Of a stretch of 64,000 nt of DNA, positions 41,467 through 54,743 are shown piece after piece. The notes under the pieces were generated by a model, which saw nothing but the letters and a program-made list of their open reading frames with translations, had not been told where the DNA came from and did no database searches. A program made the translations under genes and the position numbers. Each line of letters starts with the position of its first letter. The stretch's first letter is position 1. Source of the stretch: Magallana gigas (lineage: Eukaryota). The stretch is from positions 4,960,001 to 5,024,000 of the forward strand of contig NC_088859.1 in assembly GCF_963853765.1 (NCBI RefSeq). Reading direction: 5' to 3'.

Positions 41467-44400
41467 CTACCAGGATCCATCTAAAGATGTCTGCATCATT
41501 TTCCGTGTTAGTTCTAATTTATGGTAGAATCTTAGGACGTCCGGATTAGCGAGCACACAGGAGCGGTCAAAGTCCAGAATACGGAGTCCCTCAAGACTCT
41601 TGGCACGGGAGAGGGCGACATATGTCTGACCTGCCTCGAACACCCGCGACAGGGACATCTCCACACAGTCCAGCGTCATCCCCTAGTAATACAAAACAAA
41701 AGTATTGACTGTATGCGGAGTGTATAGTGAAAAACCACTTGTATTTCCCTCTACAAGGTTTTAGAACTTGTAAACTTTTGATATATATGGTTAATTTGCT
41801 GATTTATCTTCAAAGGTACATGCAGACAAGATAAAAATACTTCTTTAAGAGTCAAACATACATTTTTGTACATTTAGAATACATATCAGTAAGGCAACAT
41901 CAGTGCATGCTGAAGAGCAATGGAACATGTACATGTAATTGTTGTGTTGACATTACCTGAGATTTGTGGATGGATATTGCCCAGGCCAGTTTGAGTGGGA
42001 CCTGTTTCCTGTTGATGAAGACTGCCCCCGACACCTTGAACGTCCACCGGACAGGGCGGATGACCTCCTCCTCCCCACTCACAAACTTCACCAGAGGGTA
42101 GTCTAAAAGAGGAATCTACTTGTGTTTGTTCCACTACACAAATTATTATATGAAAAATGGCAAGACTTTATCAGAACTTCTGATTATCAGTTCTTATTTA
42201 ATAGATATTTACAGTAAATGATTAACATATTTATCTTAATAATCCTCTTCATTTTATTCAAAATAATATATACATTACCAATAAAGTCATGGAGGATATT
42301 ATATCAAAAATGCTGTTTGTAACCAAATTGAAGTGAACCACAAGTTGATAGCAGTCTAGTACTTTACACTTCTACCACCCCTCGTACCCAATACCCTGAG
42401 TATTAACATACAATATAGCAGCCATTCTTTGAGTCTCGTACACTGTACCTTGATTCTTCTTGTCGAATCCCACCACCACCCCACGGGCTCCATTCACTAG
42501 ACCTCTCTGGACATCTAAATTCTTGGCCAACATTACCTACAAGGAAAAACAGACTGAGATAAAAAAGGGCAGCCAAATACTTCCTTCATAAGTCTCAGTC
42601 GGTCGCCATTCAAACTGTTCTTTTATGGAGAAATAGCGCTACTGAATTCACTTACATGTACAAAGGTAACATAACAGATGAAGTTTTACCTGAGCTCCTA
42701 CTTTAAGGACAACTTTCTTAGGAACAGGGGAGAGAACTTCCAGTTGATCCTTGTAAGCTTCTTCTCCATCAACTGCCACAAATGTCCTCTCCTCTCCTAC
42801 AAGTGTGTACATACAAATACTGTAAACGTGGACATTTTGACGATGTGTTAATTTTGACTATAGCGGCGATTTTTATTTTCTCGTTAAAATTTCCACTCGC
42901 CAAACTTCACATCATATATATAGCGTATTAATACCAGAGTTTTTTATCGGCATTATCCCGTTAGGACTAGATCAAAGTTAATGATTCATTTATGTAAATA
43001 GCTATAAAAACACGTAATTAGCATTGTAAAACCTGTAAAATCTAAACAAGCATGTTTTAAATGCAATTATCACTCAATCGTCACAACATTCTATAATAAC
43101 TTTGCGTGCGTAATTATCATGCCGTGTTTGACCTACTTTGTTACCTCAGGCAATATCGTATAGTGAATAAAAACAAAATACAAAGAACAATTTTATTCCA
43201 TCAAATCTGTACAGACTTTTTTTTCAATCAAAGTTAAATTTTATTAATACCAACGCTTGTAAAAGAGTTCGCAAGAAAGTCGCAATCCTTGCTGATAACA
43301 TCATCAACTTTCTGCACCCATTTTGCATGAAGCGGTTTAATTGTCGACGTTCTCACGTCTATGTCAACTAAGCCGCTGTTTTCCCCCGGCTTTTGATTTT
43401 CTACTTTCTGGGGAACTTTCTCAGAGTACCAGTTTTGAAATTTGGTTTTGAGACGTTCTTTGTATTTCTTATTAACTGTTTGGTCTAGCAGTACTCTAGC
43501 CTTAGAATACAATTTAATCAAAGAAAGATAACTTTAACCCTGGCATTATAAGAAATCAAAGATAGATAACACTAGTCTTACTCTTATTCAAAAATTCGTC
43601 AAAATTAAAACTCGCCAATTGTCTCTTACTAAAAAATCGTCAAATTTTGAACTCGTCATTTTAACCACGTTTACAGTATATGGTACTAAGTTAACTCATT
43701 TCAGTGAAAACAAGGAATGTACCCTGATTCAGTAACATTCTTTACAACTGTGAATGCACACAAACTGTCCAAGTGTGTATATCTGACTATATCATAAATA
43801 AATTATAAAAACAAATTTGTATGATATATTTTTTAAGGTAAGTACTTTTCTATGTATTTTGCTACTGAGAGAGATTTCATCACAAATACATATCAACTTC
43901 TTTTCTTTTAAAGAAATACCGATAGTTTTGTGTGAATAGTACTATCTTGATACTACAATACATAATCAGATACGTATTTGTTTAAAGTAAATCTAAGGAT
44001 TTTAGACAGCAGAGATTTAAAATGCTTTTATGAATTTGAAATTCATACTGATTTATTGCATAAAAGAAGTAACTTCCCTTGTATATGTAAATTACTACTG
44101 TACAGTCTGTAGTTTTTGACTTGTACTGTACCTTGCAGTTTTCCTAGATGATACTGGTTGATCTTATTTACATCCTCTTTATGAGTACACAGTCTGGTTG
44201 CTAGGATACCATTCTTCTGGATTTCATGGTGTACTGTCTGTCTCAGAATCTGATGGGTTTCTTCACTGCATCTATAGTAAATTCAAATACATGTAAATGG
44301 CAACTAGGAGTCTAGGACATCTGACCTTATTACATGTTTATTTCAAAATAACCCAGAACAACCTATAATTATCCCTTACAAACTTCATATTGAGATATAA

Positions 44401-46568
44401 AAAACTCAAAACTTTCTGCTTTAACTTAAATAATATCACTGGTGTAAAAAAAACAACCAATATTATATCTCTTACTTTCCAAGACGAATGTTCTGTAAAA
44501 TGTTGATAAATGACAAATCGTTCTGACGACGCACTTCCTTTAGCTCCATATTGACTTGTACACATCTTGACCAGGACTTTGCCTACACATAGAGATTCAT
44601 AAAAATAATGAACTAAAATCTAAAAAAATATGCAGTTTCGCAGTGAGAAATATTCTTAAAAACTCTCATTTAGAGCACAGTGTTTTTTTGAAAATTTCTT
44701 ATAAGAAATTGAATCAGTCTGACACGAAAATGTACGGTATAAACTTTAATTAATTTCCATAGAGATTGTATGCCTAGGAACAGTTTGATAATGAGAGATG
44801 GATATAATGATACCATACCTGAAAGCAGAATGTTTTCTTGTCTGTTCCCTTGGTAACTGGGGGAAGCTGTAGAAAGTCTCCACAGATGATCAGCTGGATT
44901 CCTCCAAACGGGTTGTCGTTCTTCCTCACAACCCTGTGGTAGAATGGTATACAAATCACTGTATGGCTATACTTATAACACATTATAACATAATTAGACA
45001 GAGACTTCAAAAACCCACAGTGTTTATCCATATTTAGACCAATAGATGTTATCTTTACCACTGTACTGGTATATAAATACACTGAGGTGTACCGGTATAT
45101 ACGCATATGGTATTAAAGGTACCAGTATTCTCTTAACCTCTAGAGTCAAAATTGTTATCTCAAATAAGATGGGACCAAGAATTAAATAAAGTCAGTGTAT
45201 AGTTTGGTCCACAAGAGAACAGATGTTTGGACTTCAATTTCACTTCGACATATCAATTCCATGATAGATCATCATATCAATGTATGACTATGAGATATCA
45301 AAGTTCAACTGTCTGTATATCAATTCATCAAAATTCAAATACCTGAGACCACTTTAGCTTTCAATTAAATTGCAGTGTTAAAATTAATTTAAAAAAAGTT
45401 AACTCTAGCATGTTTACCTTGCCACGGTCTCCAGTTTGTCAAAGAAAGCTCCACTGACCATTGAGATCTCATCGATGACAAGATGGTGACATTTCCTCCA
45501 CTGCTGAGCTATCTGAGGCCTTGAGGCCAGTTGTACACACTGCTCCAATGGGGCAGAACCAGAACCAATACCTACAAAGGGATAACTGAAGGTCTAGAAA
45601 ACTAGCAAAAAAGAAATTTTAATCACTCTTACAGTTACTGCTTCATAAGAAATACAATTGCATTTCATTCATCATACCCGCAAAGGCGTGCAATGTGGTT
45701 CCTCCAATGTGGCATGCTGCCACTCCTGTGCTGGCAGTGGCATATGTGTGCTGGGGTGGGAGGGAACCTATCAAAAATAGAGAATGTAGAATCAATCATA
45801 GAAGATTTTAGATGGATTAGTAATTCCATTTGATAGATCTAATGAAAACAAATGTCTCAGTCTGTTTGTACCTATAATTCTCCTCATCAAAAAGGATTTC
45901 CCTGTTCCTGCACTTCCTGTGAAAAACACATTCTTCCCTTTAAGAACAGCATCTAGAATTGTACTCTGTTCCTTGCTAAGTTTGACAGGCAGAGCGATGG
46001 ATGATGGATTCAGACTACTACACATCAGCTTACTTCGCTGGACGGGACGATTCTCCTTGTCATCATCATCTCGTTTTCTCTTTCCAGTCCCTTTTCCCTT
46101 TGGTGTAAACATGTCAGGTTTTGATTCTAATTCCTTGGCCCTTGCCTCGTGGACGGTTTTGAGATCTTTGATAGTTAGAGGACTGATTTCTTCAAATGAT
46201 TTTGGTACATCTGATAGCAGTTTCTTTCTCTCAGATATAAAACCTTTCAGACGTCCACATTCAAACTTAGTGCTCAACAGCTTTAAGAAGTAAATCAGCT
46301 TGTCTGGAGGAGAATTGCTTATCAAAAGATTCATATTTCTATCAGGAATTTTAATAGTAGACTTTCCGTCTTTAGCAAACTTTTTATGGATTGTTAAATC
46401 CCTTAGTGCAAAGTTCATTGCTTTTTTCTGAAGTTCAACCTTCAGCACAACATCTCGGAATTCATTGCGCCCCACGGAGATATAGATATTTTTGTGAACA
46501 CTAGATTTCTGAACATCTCCAGTTTTCGACAATTCCTCAACTGTGAGGGTACACTGTAGTCTCTCCAT
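41467..46568 (-). CDS. PIF1: ATP-dependent 5'-3' DNA helicase PIF1, 10 coding exons, ~619 aa
   Basis: Exons 46568-45872 (N-terminal domain + GSAGTGKS), 45767-45678 ([20 protein letters not shown]), 45571-45418 (LVIDEISM), 44933-44819 ([19 protein letters not shown]), 44582-44476, 44271-44132 (ATRLCTH), 42796-42690, 42536-42449 ([18 protein letters not shown]), 42102-41957 ([16 protein letters not shown]) and 41682-41467 (GMTLD...[10 protein letters not shown]). Confidence 0.97.
42820..43676 (-). mobile_element. Internally deleted pogo/Tigger-type transposon with TA TSD and a DDE_1 C-terminal remnant
   Basis: TA|CTGTAAACGTGG ... CCACGTTTACAG|TA. The minus-strand frame 43234-43521 reads [25 protein letters not shown]...[15 protein letters not shown]...SF..VGI, resembling the region after the third catalytic Asp of pogo transposases. 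Confidence 0.8.
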
Positions 46569-46786
46569 GACCAATCGATGTCGTTTCTTGTGGAAATAAT
46601 GTACAAATTCAATAAAATAAAATCATACCACAAACATTATTCTAAGAGTCAAAAATATAATTTCAGAAAACAGAAAATTACCTGTTACGCGTTCTGCATT
46701 CAAACTAAACAGCAGTTCTGCATCAATGCTAATGACACTTGTTTGACTTGACTATCACTTCTCTCAAATTCAAAATGTTTTCAAAA

Positions 46787-46801
46787 TGACGTCATTTCCG
46801 G
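46787..46801. promoter_or_regulatory. Composite CRE-ETS motif in the PIF1/TTC33 divergent promoter
   Basis: TGACGTCATTTCCGG; the reverse complement CCGGAAATGACGTCA is one base from the ETS-CRE composite CCGGAAGTGACGTCA. Confidence 0.55.
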
Positions 46802-47138
46802 ATGAACAATTTCGTCAAATTGTACAAAAAAATATTCGTGTCGTTTGTCTTTTAAGTATTTTGTATCGTCGGACTAATTTTAAAAAGTGATAAAACGTTT
46901 TTGGATTTATTTATTTGAGGCCAAGTTTTGTCATATCGTTTGAATTAATTTTTGTATCGATTTTCATCAAATACGAAAATGAAAGTAGATAGAAGTGAAA
47001 GTAAGAAGTTGTAGAAATTGATGTTTGTAGATTATCATGCACACATTTGTAACGTATTGATCAAATCACCTTTTAGGTAGGGATATTAATTTTGTTTGTT
47101 TAATTAACATACGGACACTACGAGCTAACAATGAAAGC

Positions 47139-48703
47139 ATGACCTCATTTGGATGGAAGAGAAAACTTGGAGGTAAGGTGTCAAAGACATTGTCAAAGAA
47201 CTTCGAAAAGAACAGCAAGGATAACCATGACAACCTGGAGGAGGTGGATTGGCTGACCTTGGCTCCAAAGAGGAAATTGATTTGTTTGGAGGATGGTCGG
47301 GCCAAGAGTGAGCGACTAAAGCGGGAGGGGGGTGTGCTGGCAGAGTCTGAGAGGTAGGATAATTAAAATTAATTACATTGGTAGACTTCCAATAGGCTTT
47401 TGTTTTCTCTTGGACTCGCCGAGCCATCTATGAGATTGATTAACCCAATTTATTTCTGTAATCAGTCAGTGTAACAAACCTAATAAGTAATAGTATGAAA
47501 AACATAGTCTCTCCCTATCTAAATCAGTGCAAAAATAATTATCTGTGTACCAATACCGTTAATTTTACAGGGAAACAGATTTTTAATAAGATGGATATCA
47601 AAAGCAAAGCTATGATTATTGTGAGATTATTGTAATATACTTATATTTAAAGAAATCAAGTAAACTATCATTTTGATTTTTCCCCAAAATTAAATTGTAT
47701 ATTAGATATTGGGAAGCCATATCTAAGTGGGAAGAAGCTCTAGCCCTGACCCCAGAGGATGAGACCCTGCACGAAATGAGAGCCCAGGTATGCAAAGCAA
47801 AGCAGATTAACAAAAAATGAGACTTATTGGATATTTCATATAGTAATTCAATTTAACTTGTAATACATGACTTGTTACAGAGTTACCTGCTCCTGAATGA
47901 GGTGTACCCTGCAGTTCAAGCAGCAGCTAAGTGTACAGAGGTCAACCCACTGTGGTGGGTAGGTCACCAGACCCTGGGCCGAGCTCAGCTGGGACTGGGC
48001 GATGTTGCTATGGTAGGTATGAAAAAGTCATGTATGATCTTTAAAGGATGGGAGGCATCAAATTTTTTAGAGGCCAGGGGTTTTAGAGGGAGTTGAAAGT
48101 TTTACCTTTATCAACCTCAGAGAGCAATTTGACAATGGATACATCTATTTTTTAGTCTTATATGGAGTGTGTGAACACACATACATGTATCTACAGTATT
48201 CCCTGTACCGGTACTTTGTTTTGTAGGCTGTGAAAAGCTTCTCTCGTGCTGTTCATCTTTACCCTGTGGACGAGGAGCTATGGAAAGAGGATCTACTGTG
48301 GGCCAAGTCGCTTCTGGACCAGCATCACACAATGCTGGGGGAACAGGAGGCCGAGAGGTCCCGCTGTACATTGACCGAGGTCACCGATACCCCAGCCAGA
48401 CTTACTGCAATATGTGCCTCACCCCACAACCCAGAGGAAGGGAGTGATTTACAGGATTCTACAGACAATTGTGATCCATCAAACACAATGAATGAAAACA
48501 GTGTTCATGTGAAAGTGACTGGAAAATGTGAAGAAATTGATGACACCAGTGACGGGGGTGGTCCCAAAGATAACCCAGGTGTTACATGTACAAACACCCA
48601 CACAGACAGCTTCCGGGGCTCAGAGGATGCGAGAGAGACCAAGAGAATCCCCATAAATTATATCAGAATGAGGCAGTGGGCTTCTGACAGGGTACAAAAA
48701 TAA
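47139..48703 (+). CDS. TTC33: Tetratricopeptide repeat protein 33, 4 coding exons, ~301 aa
   Basis: Exons 47139-47353 (MTSFGWKRKLGGKVSK), 47706-47787 (YWEAISKWEEALALTP.DETLHEMRAQ), 47881-48012 (QTLGRAQLGLG) and 48227-48703 (ELWKEDLLWA). Confidence 0.95.
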
Positions 48704-50389
48704 ATTGTTACTCTTTTTAATTGTTTTTTGTCTTACTGGTACTAATAATTTCACCGCCTGCATTACCATGAGTCAGTTTCCTATTAACAAACAACAATAT
48801 TGTACATCCAAAAGAAATTTATTCAAAACTGATAAACTATCCAGATTCGGTATTGAGCACACGAATTCAGACACAATGAAAAAAAAATGACACAAATTTA
48901 ATCTGTCATACAAAGGGTGACGATGCATTCAACAGTTCAATGTCTATGTAAAGAGAGAGAAAAATGTTGTTCCTGTAAAATTCATAAAAATTTCATTCAA
49001 TGAATATGTGTAGAGTATATTGCACTACTTTACAAAGACTAGCATAAAAATTGATACAGGCATACAACAGAGTCGTAAAGAGAACAATTCGTAGAGAAGG
49101 TATGTATAAAAATAGTTTTGCTATTAAAAGAGTATGCGAGTCAGTAAATGTAGACCGGTACATAAATAAATAATGCTCAGTTTGACATCCAAACAACACA
49201 CAAGTAGAATCAATAAATAACGCTATACTTCACGCTTCCTGTTCAGTTGTAAAAAACCAACAGATCTATTGACAGTGACGCTAGCACACAGGAACGAACG
49301 AAAACACAAGATCTTTTCATCAGTGGCTATGTCTTACTTCCTCATTGGATGGCAACATTTTTTTTCCAAACAATGAACACTAGTGATATTTCTACTGATA
49401 CATATATTCATTATTACTACAGACTAGTCTTACTACTGAAAAGACTGATGTACAATGACCCTATCTAACACTCTGGAGTTGATTGAATTCAAGATAGCTC
49501 CATTTTCATGGAACTTATGGGTATCCTCACATAACAACCCCCCCCCCCCCCCCAATTAATTTACATCTTCTGAAAATAAATTATAAAACTATTTTTTTTC
49601 CTTTTTCTTAGCATGAATTCATAAATAACCAGGTAGATGGAGGTAATCCTCTAAATCCAGGAAATTTAGGCCTCACAAATTTTAAATGATTCCACAGCAC
49701 CTGGTACAATGTGATTCAGATTTATATGAAATACTTTAATAGTACATGATCTTTTCTAAATGTTGTACAACTACATGTACCAGCATTAGCAATATTAATA
49801 CTGATATTAATTACTAGGGTAGCATGTGCATACATGATACAATGTAGCATCTATATATGAAGTTGTTATAGTAAGATATGTTATTACATGTATACAAATT
49901 TTCATAAAGAAGAAATTTTCTTTGCTTGCAAGTTTAACAGATTTAGATTAATTACACTAATTCCCCTTTTATTTGTTTGTCAAGCAAAAATTTATATAGG
50001 AGTGCTAGTCCATAAATTTTAAATATAAATGGCCACTGATTCTAAAGTCACTGAATGTGTCAAAGTAGTCCCACATCTAAACAATACACCCGGTCTTCGT
50101 AACTGCCTACTGCCTAAGTGAGTCATAGTGCCAGGTGGTACACAATCCCAGCCCCACCTATTGTCCCCACCTGGCACCATCCTCTCTGTATGTGTCCATG
50201 GACAACTCCTGTGACAGTTGATAAAGTCCTACTCCTGTGACAGTTGATAAAGTCCTACACCTACACTGTACATAAACTCTTGGATAAATACAGACATACA
50301 GTCAAAAGCAAAGGAGATCTCGGAAAGGGGAGAAATGTTTCCTCTACTTCACAACACGGGGTTCTCGTCCTTCTGCCTCGGCCAATCCT

Positions 50390-53300
50390 TCAGTCATTCT
50401 TTTTGTCCTCTCGAGATTTTGCTGCTGGAATGTCGGCGTCTTTCTCTTCCTTCTTGGGCTCTGCGGCGACTGCTCGCCGCATGGCGTCCCACATTCCTCC
50501 CATAAATACTGCACAGAACAAGTTCTCAAATGGAGCGAAGGGGTCGTGGATACCAAGCAGAAGGGCAGAGAGTTTGAAGTACACAAAGAAAATGACCACA
50601 CCGAAGTAGACCAGGGCATGGGGGGCTGTGATGTAGTTCATCTTCTCCATCAGGAACACCAGCGAGGCTAGGAAACAGGCCTTAGTGACACTGAAAACAA
50701 AAGTAACATCAACTCAATACTCACATACCACAGTATAATTGAATTAAGCCCAGTGTAGTGTGCACTAAAGTTGACCCTTAGAACAGCAGACATTTTTGAT
50801 TGATGATAAAAAAGACTTACAAAGAGGGTTGCAAGACTTCGTTGGTTCCGGGAATCCACAAACCACGCACCAAGCGCTCAAACGTCTTCATTAAACCACT
50901 TCCAGCTCCTGTTCAGATCAAATATCAAATTTTGAAATCATTCATCATCAGTCAATATCATAGTTGTAATTATTTCAAAGACAGCAAGTTAAGAGAGTCT
51001 TCAATCTAGCATACAGTAAAACACACCTTGGTTGAAAATGATATGTTTTAGTGACATCTAAACTATTTATTACAATATGAGAGATCTTCACTTTTACTTT
51101 GGCTACCGTAAAATCTTACCTTTGATTGTTCCGATGAATAGGATAATTAAAACTGAGTTGGGGTAGATCTTGGCTGTGTACACCACCCCATGGTACACTT
51201 TGTGTGCCCGCTGAACTTCCTTCAGACCCGCAATGGCCAGTTTACAAGGTAAAAACTTCACCATCTTATACACAATATCAAAAGGAGAATAAAACACCAA
51301 GTACCTGCAAAAACAAAAAAAGGTGTTAATAACTGGTAAAAGGACTATGTGCGGTTTGGTCAAATATCTGCCCCCAATTTTAACCAATTTTTAAATTGAA
51401 TCGTATAGAAATCAAATCTTCATAAATCATTGTACAGTGGGCGCCTATCCTTTTAATCTTGATTTTAGTCGTCATTGCGCATTCGCTGTTTATCTATGAC
51501 GTCATCCAAATGACATAATTCTCGCAAATGTGCAAACAAGCGAAAATATGCTCATTTTTGCTTTATATTCTGCATTCGGAAATATAGAGCGCAGGTCTGC
51601 TCAAGTACGATTTTAACATATGTTTTTCTTCAGATAATTATGCACGTTATACTAAAAAATGGTACTTGAGCAAGCCTGCGCTCGATGTTTCCTAGTCGAA
51701 AAACCAGCGGAAAACACCCACATTTTGCTACAAAACATCAATTTATCAAAATAAGGCAATCTTCATGACGTCATTTCTACATTATGACGTCACTTTGGTG
51801 ATAACCTTTTACACCCTTATTTTCAATACGATTTTAACTATCTTCCATCTTATTTTTAAAGCTTGTAATAAAACTTAAATTTTGGGGGCAAAAAATGCAT
51901 AATACCGCACATAGTCCTTTCAGGATTTTAAGCATAAGCAAAATTTTGCTCATATCAAACTTGCATTCAACTAATTAAAATATTTGGATCAACTTTAAAA
52001 GAATAAGTCTTTTATCTGAAATTCATAGTTTTAAAATTGGAAATGATCAATGATTTTTGGCATTGGAAACAGTGACCACCTACATTAGAACTCATCACCT
52101 CCTGCCAGAGAAGTCGAAGTTTTTGTCACATAAGACTTTCTACCCTTATTATACAACATTTTTAAAAAGACCTAGAATGGAAAGGATTCCATCAATAAAC
52201 ACACCAGGAGTAAGTAACTCAGGAACTGGATATATGTGGCTGATAGAATAATCAAATACTATTTGTTGTAAATAAGAATTTGTTAGTGAAAAGCTGTATA
52301 CCAAACTCACCATACAACAGAGGCGGTCAGCAGTGCTTTGTGGTCTTTGAATGGGGTAAGAATCGGCTCCCCCAGTAAAAAGTTGGCTATTAAACTTCCG
52401 GCGAAACAAAGCAGCATGGATGACACCCAACAGGAGAGAGGGTGCTTCCTGGAGAACACTGTTCCTCCTATAACCACACAAAGAAACGTATCAATTTATA
52501 AAATTTTGATGAAAATAGCAAGCAGTAATAAGTGATAAAACACACTTGTGAAAGTTACAGTGGCTATTGTCAAAGCAGCATTTAAGGTACCTCACTACAC
52601 CTGGACTTATACTTTTTAAGACACTACGTCACAAGATGGCGATTTAAATGTTTTGTTAAACTGTTTATATCCTTCGAAAAGGTTGTATATCGTCGTAGGT
52701 CAGTGGTTAAAGTATTGGGCTTCTGAACCGCAGATCATGAGTTCGAATCCGCCTGGAGGTTTTGTTCATGTTTACTGATCTAAATTTTTGAAAATGTAAT
52801 TTTTCATCCAAATTTGCACATTTGTTGCCTATTTGACTTAAATACTTCTTATCCATTATGATATCAATCACAATCAAGTAATTTTCTGCTGATTTGAGAA
52901 AATATTTCAAGGTGTAGTGAGCCACCTTAACTGTGTAGAGCACAGAAGATCATTGAATGTGAAATTATTTTAAAGTGTCATAAATTATAACACATAAATA
53001 TTAAATTTCAGTCGGTTTTTGTAGAAACACTATTAAATTAATTTTATAATTTACATACCATTATAATAAAATGGTATGTATCACATACATGTACTGTATG
53101 AATTCAAGACATTAAATACCGTTTTAAGCTACAGTTATCAATTGCTGCTGCTTAGTATAAATTTCACTAAAAATGCTTAATATTGCGTTTCAGAATGAAA
53201 TGTTTTAATACCCATAGGGACTACTGCTATAGCATTTAAACATACTCTATGCCTAAATGACTTTTACCCATACAAACGCTCCTGACTGCTTGACTGGTAA

Positions 53301-54743
53301 TTTCTTTGTTAAAAGTCATGATAAATATCAACATTTCACCCTAAGGAACTAACAGGAAGATTGAATTTCTTCTATCTTAACATTCAACCCCTTCTAATGA
53401 AATCATTCACTCATATAAACCATCTTCAATGCTGAATGACATTTCCTCCCCTTTCCTACATTTACATGTACTGTAGCATAATATTGATTAGATAGAATGC
53501 TCTATCGTTAAAATGACAGATGTCCTACGGACCCGGTTTAACGATAGAATTCGTCCCATATACTGACTTCGTAGCAAATAAAAAAATTAGATCGCTCTGT
53601 ATCTCCCTAAATTCTCACATGATTGGTCTCAAATATCTACAATGTTGCTCTTTTATAATCCCATGTTACCACATTTACTGTTTTTGCAACGAAATCACTG
53701 CCACTTTTAACATCACGTTTGAAAATTCGCTGTTTATGGTCGCCATGTTAATGAAAAAACCCGAGACATTCCAAGTGCGATTTCCGACAAAATGGCAGGC
53801 AAATTCAAACGTGTATTTTAACAAAATGCCTTGGTACGACTCATTGAATGGATATTTTGTGGACTAAACTACATATGCATATCCAAAAAGGTTTGTAAAG
53901 TATAAAAATGTATCTTTTCCATGCAGATTATTTTTAACAGACTTAAAATCGATGCGAAGCTGATCTGATTCGCAGCTGCTACATTGCAATTTGCAAGTAT
54001 ATGGGACGAATTCTTACTGTGACCTGAGCGTAGCCTGGTCACGGTAAGATTATTCTTTCTAAATATTGATATATTTCAGAATTAATTAATTAGATTTGAA
54101 TATACTCAAATTAGCTAGTGCAAACATTCTGTATCTTTGGAATGATAGAAGAACCCATAGGCCTATGGAATAAGCATATGTTTTCTCTCTTTTTTTCACC
54201 AGAAATTATCTAATCCTAACACTTTTACTGTGTGTAAATCTCTAGAATTCCCCAGCCACGCAATAATCAGTACTAATATAAAACACATGGTATAAACATA
54301 ATAATAGAATCACATCTGGTCAGGATATTGACGGAATTCCCCATAGTATCACATAGGCAATTCTTAACCTTTTCGAAGCTTGAGTCAATCACAAGATAAA
54401 GATATAAAATGTCAGGACACAGTGCAAGAGAAAATTAGGGACATGCATAGAGAAGAAAATAACACATTTGATCTACTTTTACATACTGGATTAAAAACTC
54501 CATTAAATTACTTGTCATTAAAACAATCCAAATGACATAATGCCTCGCTACTGTAATTGTAAACGAAGCCCGGGCAGTAAATAGCCATATATGGCAGTGC
54601 TGGGTGACCTTACCAGAGGAGTTCGCTGGTACATCATCCCTTGCAGCGACACACATTAAAGTGTAGTGGGCAATGTCGAAATACGGATACATCTTTAACT
54701 TCGTCACCTTCGTGGCGATATCAAGAAACGTCTGTGGATCCAT
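50390..54743 (-). CDS. TMEM38: Trimeric intracellular cation channel (TMEM38/TRIC), 5 coding exons, ~286 aa
   Basis: Exons 54743-54614 (MYPYFDIAHY), 52467-52311 (KHPLSCWVSSMLLCFAGS...LLGEP), 51304-51120 (LKEVQRAHKV..GV), 50908-50821 (GAGSGLMKTFERLVRG.W.P..NE.LQPS) and 50690-50390 (TKACF...DPFAPFEN). A vs B paralog is not assignable. Confidence 0.93.
51339..51920. mobile_element. MITE with perfect 17-bp TIR (AAAGGACTATGTGCGGT), Kolobok-like ends
   Basis: 51339-51355 and ACCGCACATAGTCCTTT at 51904-51920. No intact TSD seen. Confidence 0.75.
52582..52930 (+). mobile_element. TTAA-bounded Kolobok-like MITE containing a tRNA-like Pol III A/B-box block
   Basis: TTAAGGTACCTCACTACACCTGG vs the reverse complement of the right end, TTAAGGTGGCTCACTACACCTTG (20/23 match). 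Internal GTAGGTCAGTGG...GAGTTCGAATCCGCC at 52695-52753. Confidence 0.8.
53538..54056. mobile_element. Helentron/HINE-like non-autonomous element (subterminal inverted repeats + terminal hairpin)
   Basis: Perfect 17-bp inverted pair GAATTCGTCCCATATAC (53547-53563) / GTATATGGGACGAATTC (53997-54013), followed by the hairpin TCTTACTGTGACC-TGAGCGTAGCCT-GGTCACGGTAAGA (54012-54049). Confidence 0.7.

Noticed and set aside
41467-46568. PIF1 helicase as part of a Helitron
   Set aside because: It has the cellular N-terminal domain, ten exons, no Rep/HUH domain, and a head-to-head host neighbour, so it is the ordinary host gene.
52040-52250. Box C/D snoRNA or mutually exclusive exon in TMEM38 intron 2
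   Set aside because: A minus-strand GTGATGA is present but there is no CTGA box D or terminal stem at suitable distance. All frames hit stops and none resembles exon 3.
52695-52760. Functional tRNA genes here and at 36230-36287, 6405-6470 and 16483-16580
   Set aside because: A/B boxes are present, but I could not form complete acceptor and anticodon stems, and the blocks are embedded in repeats.
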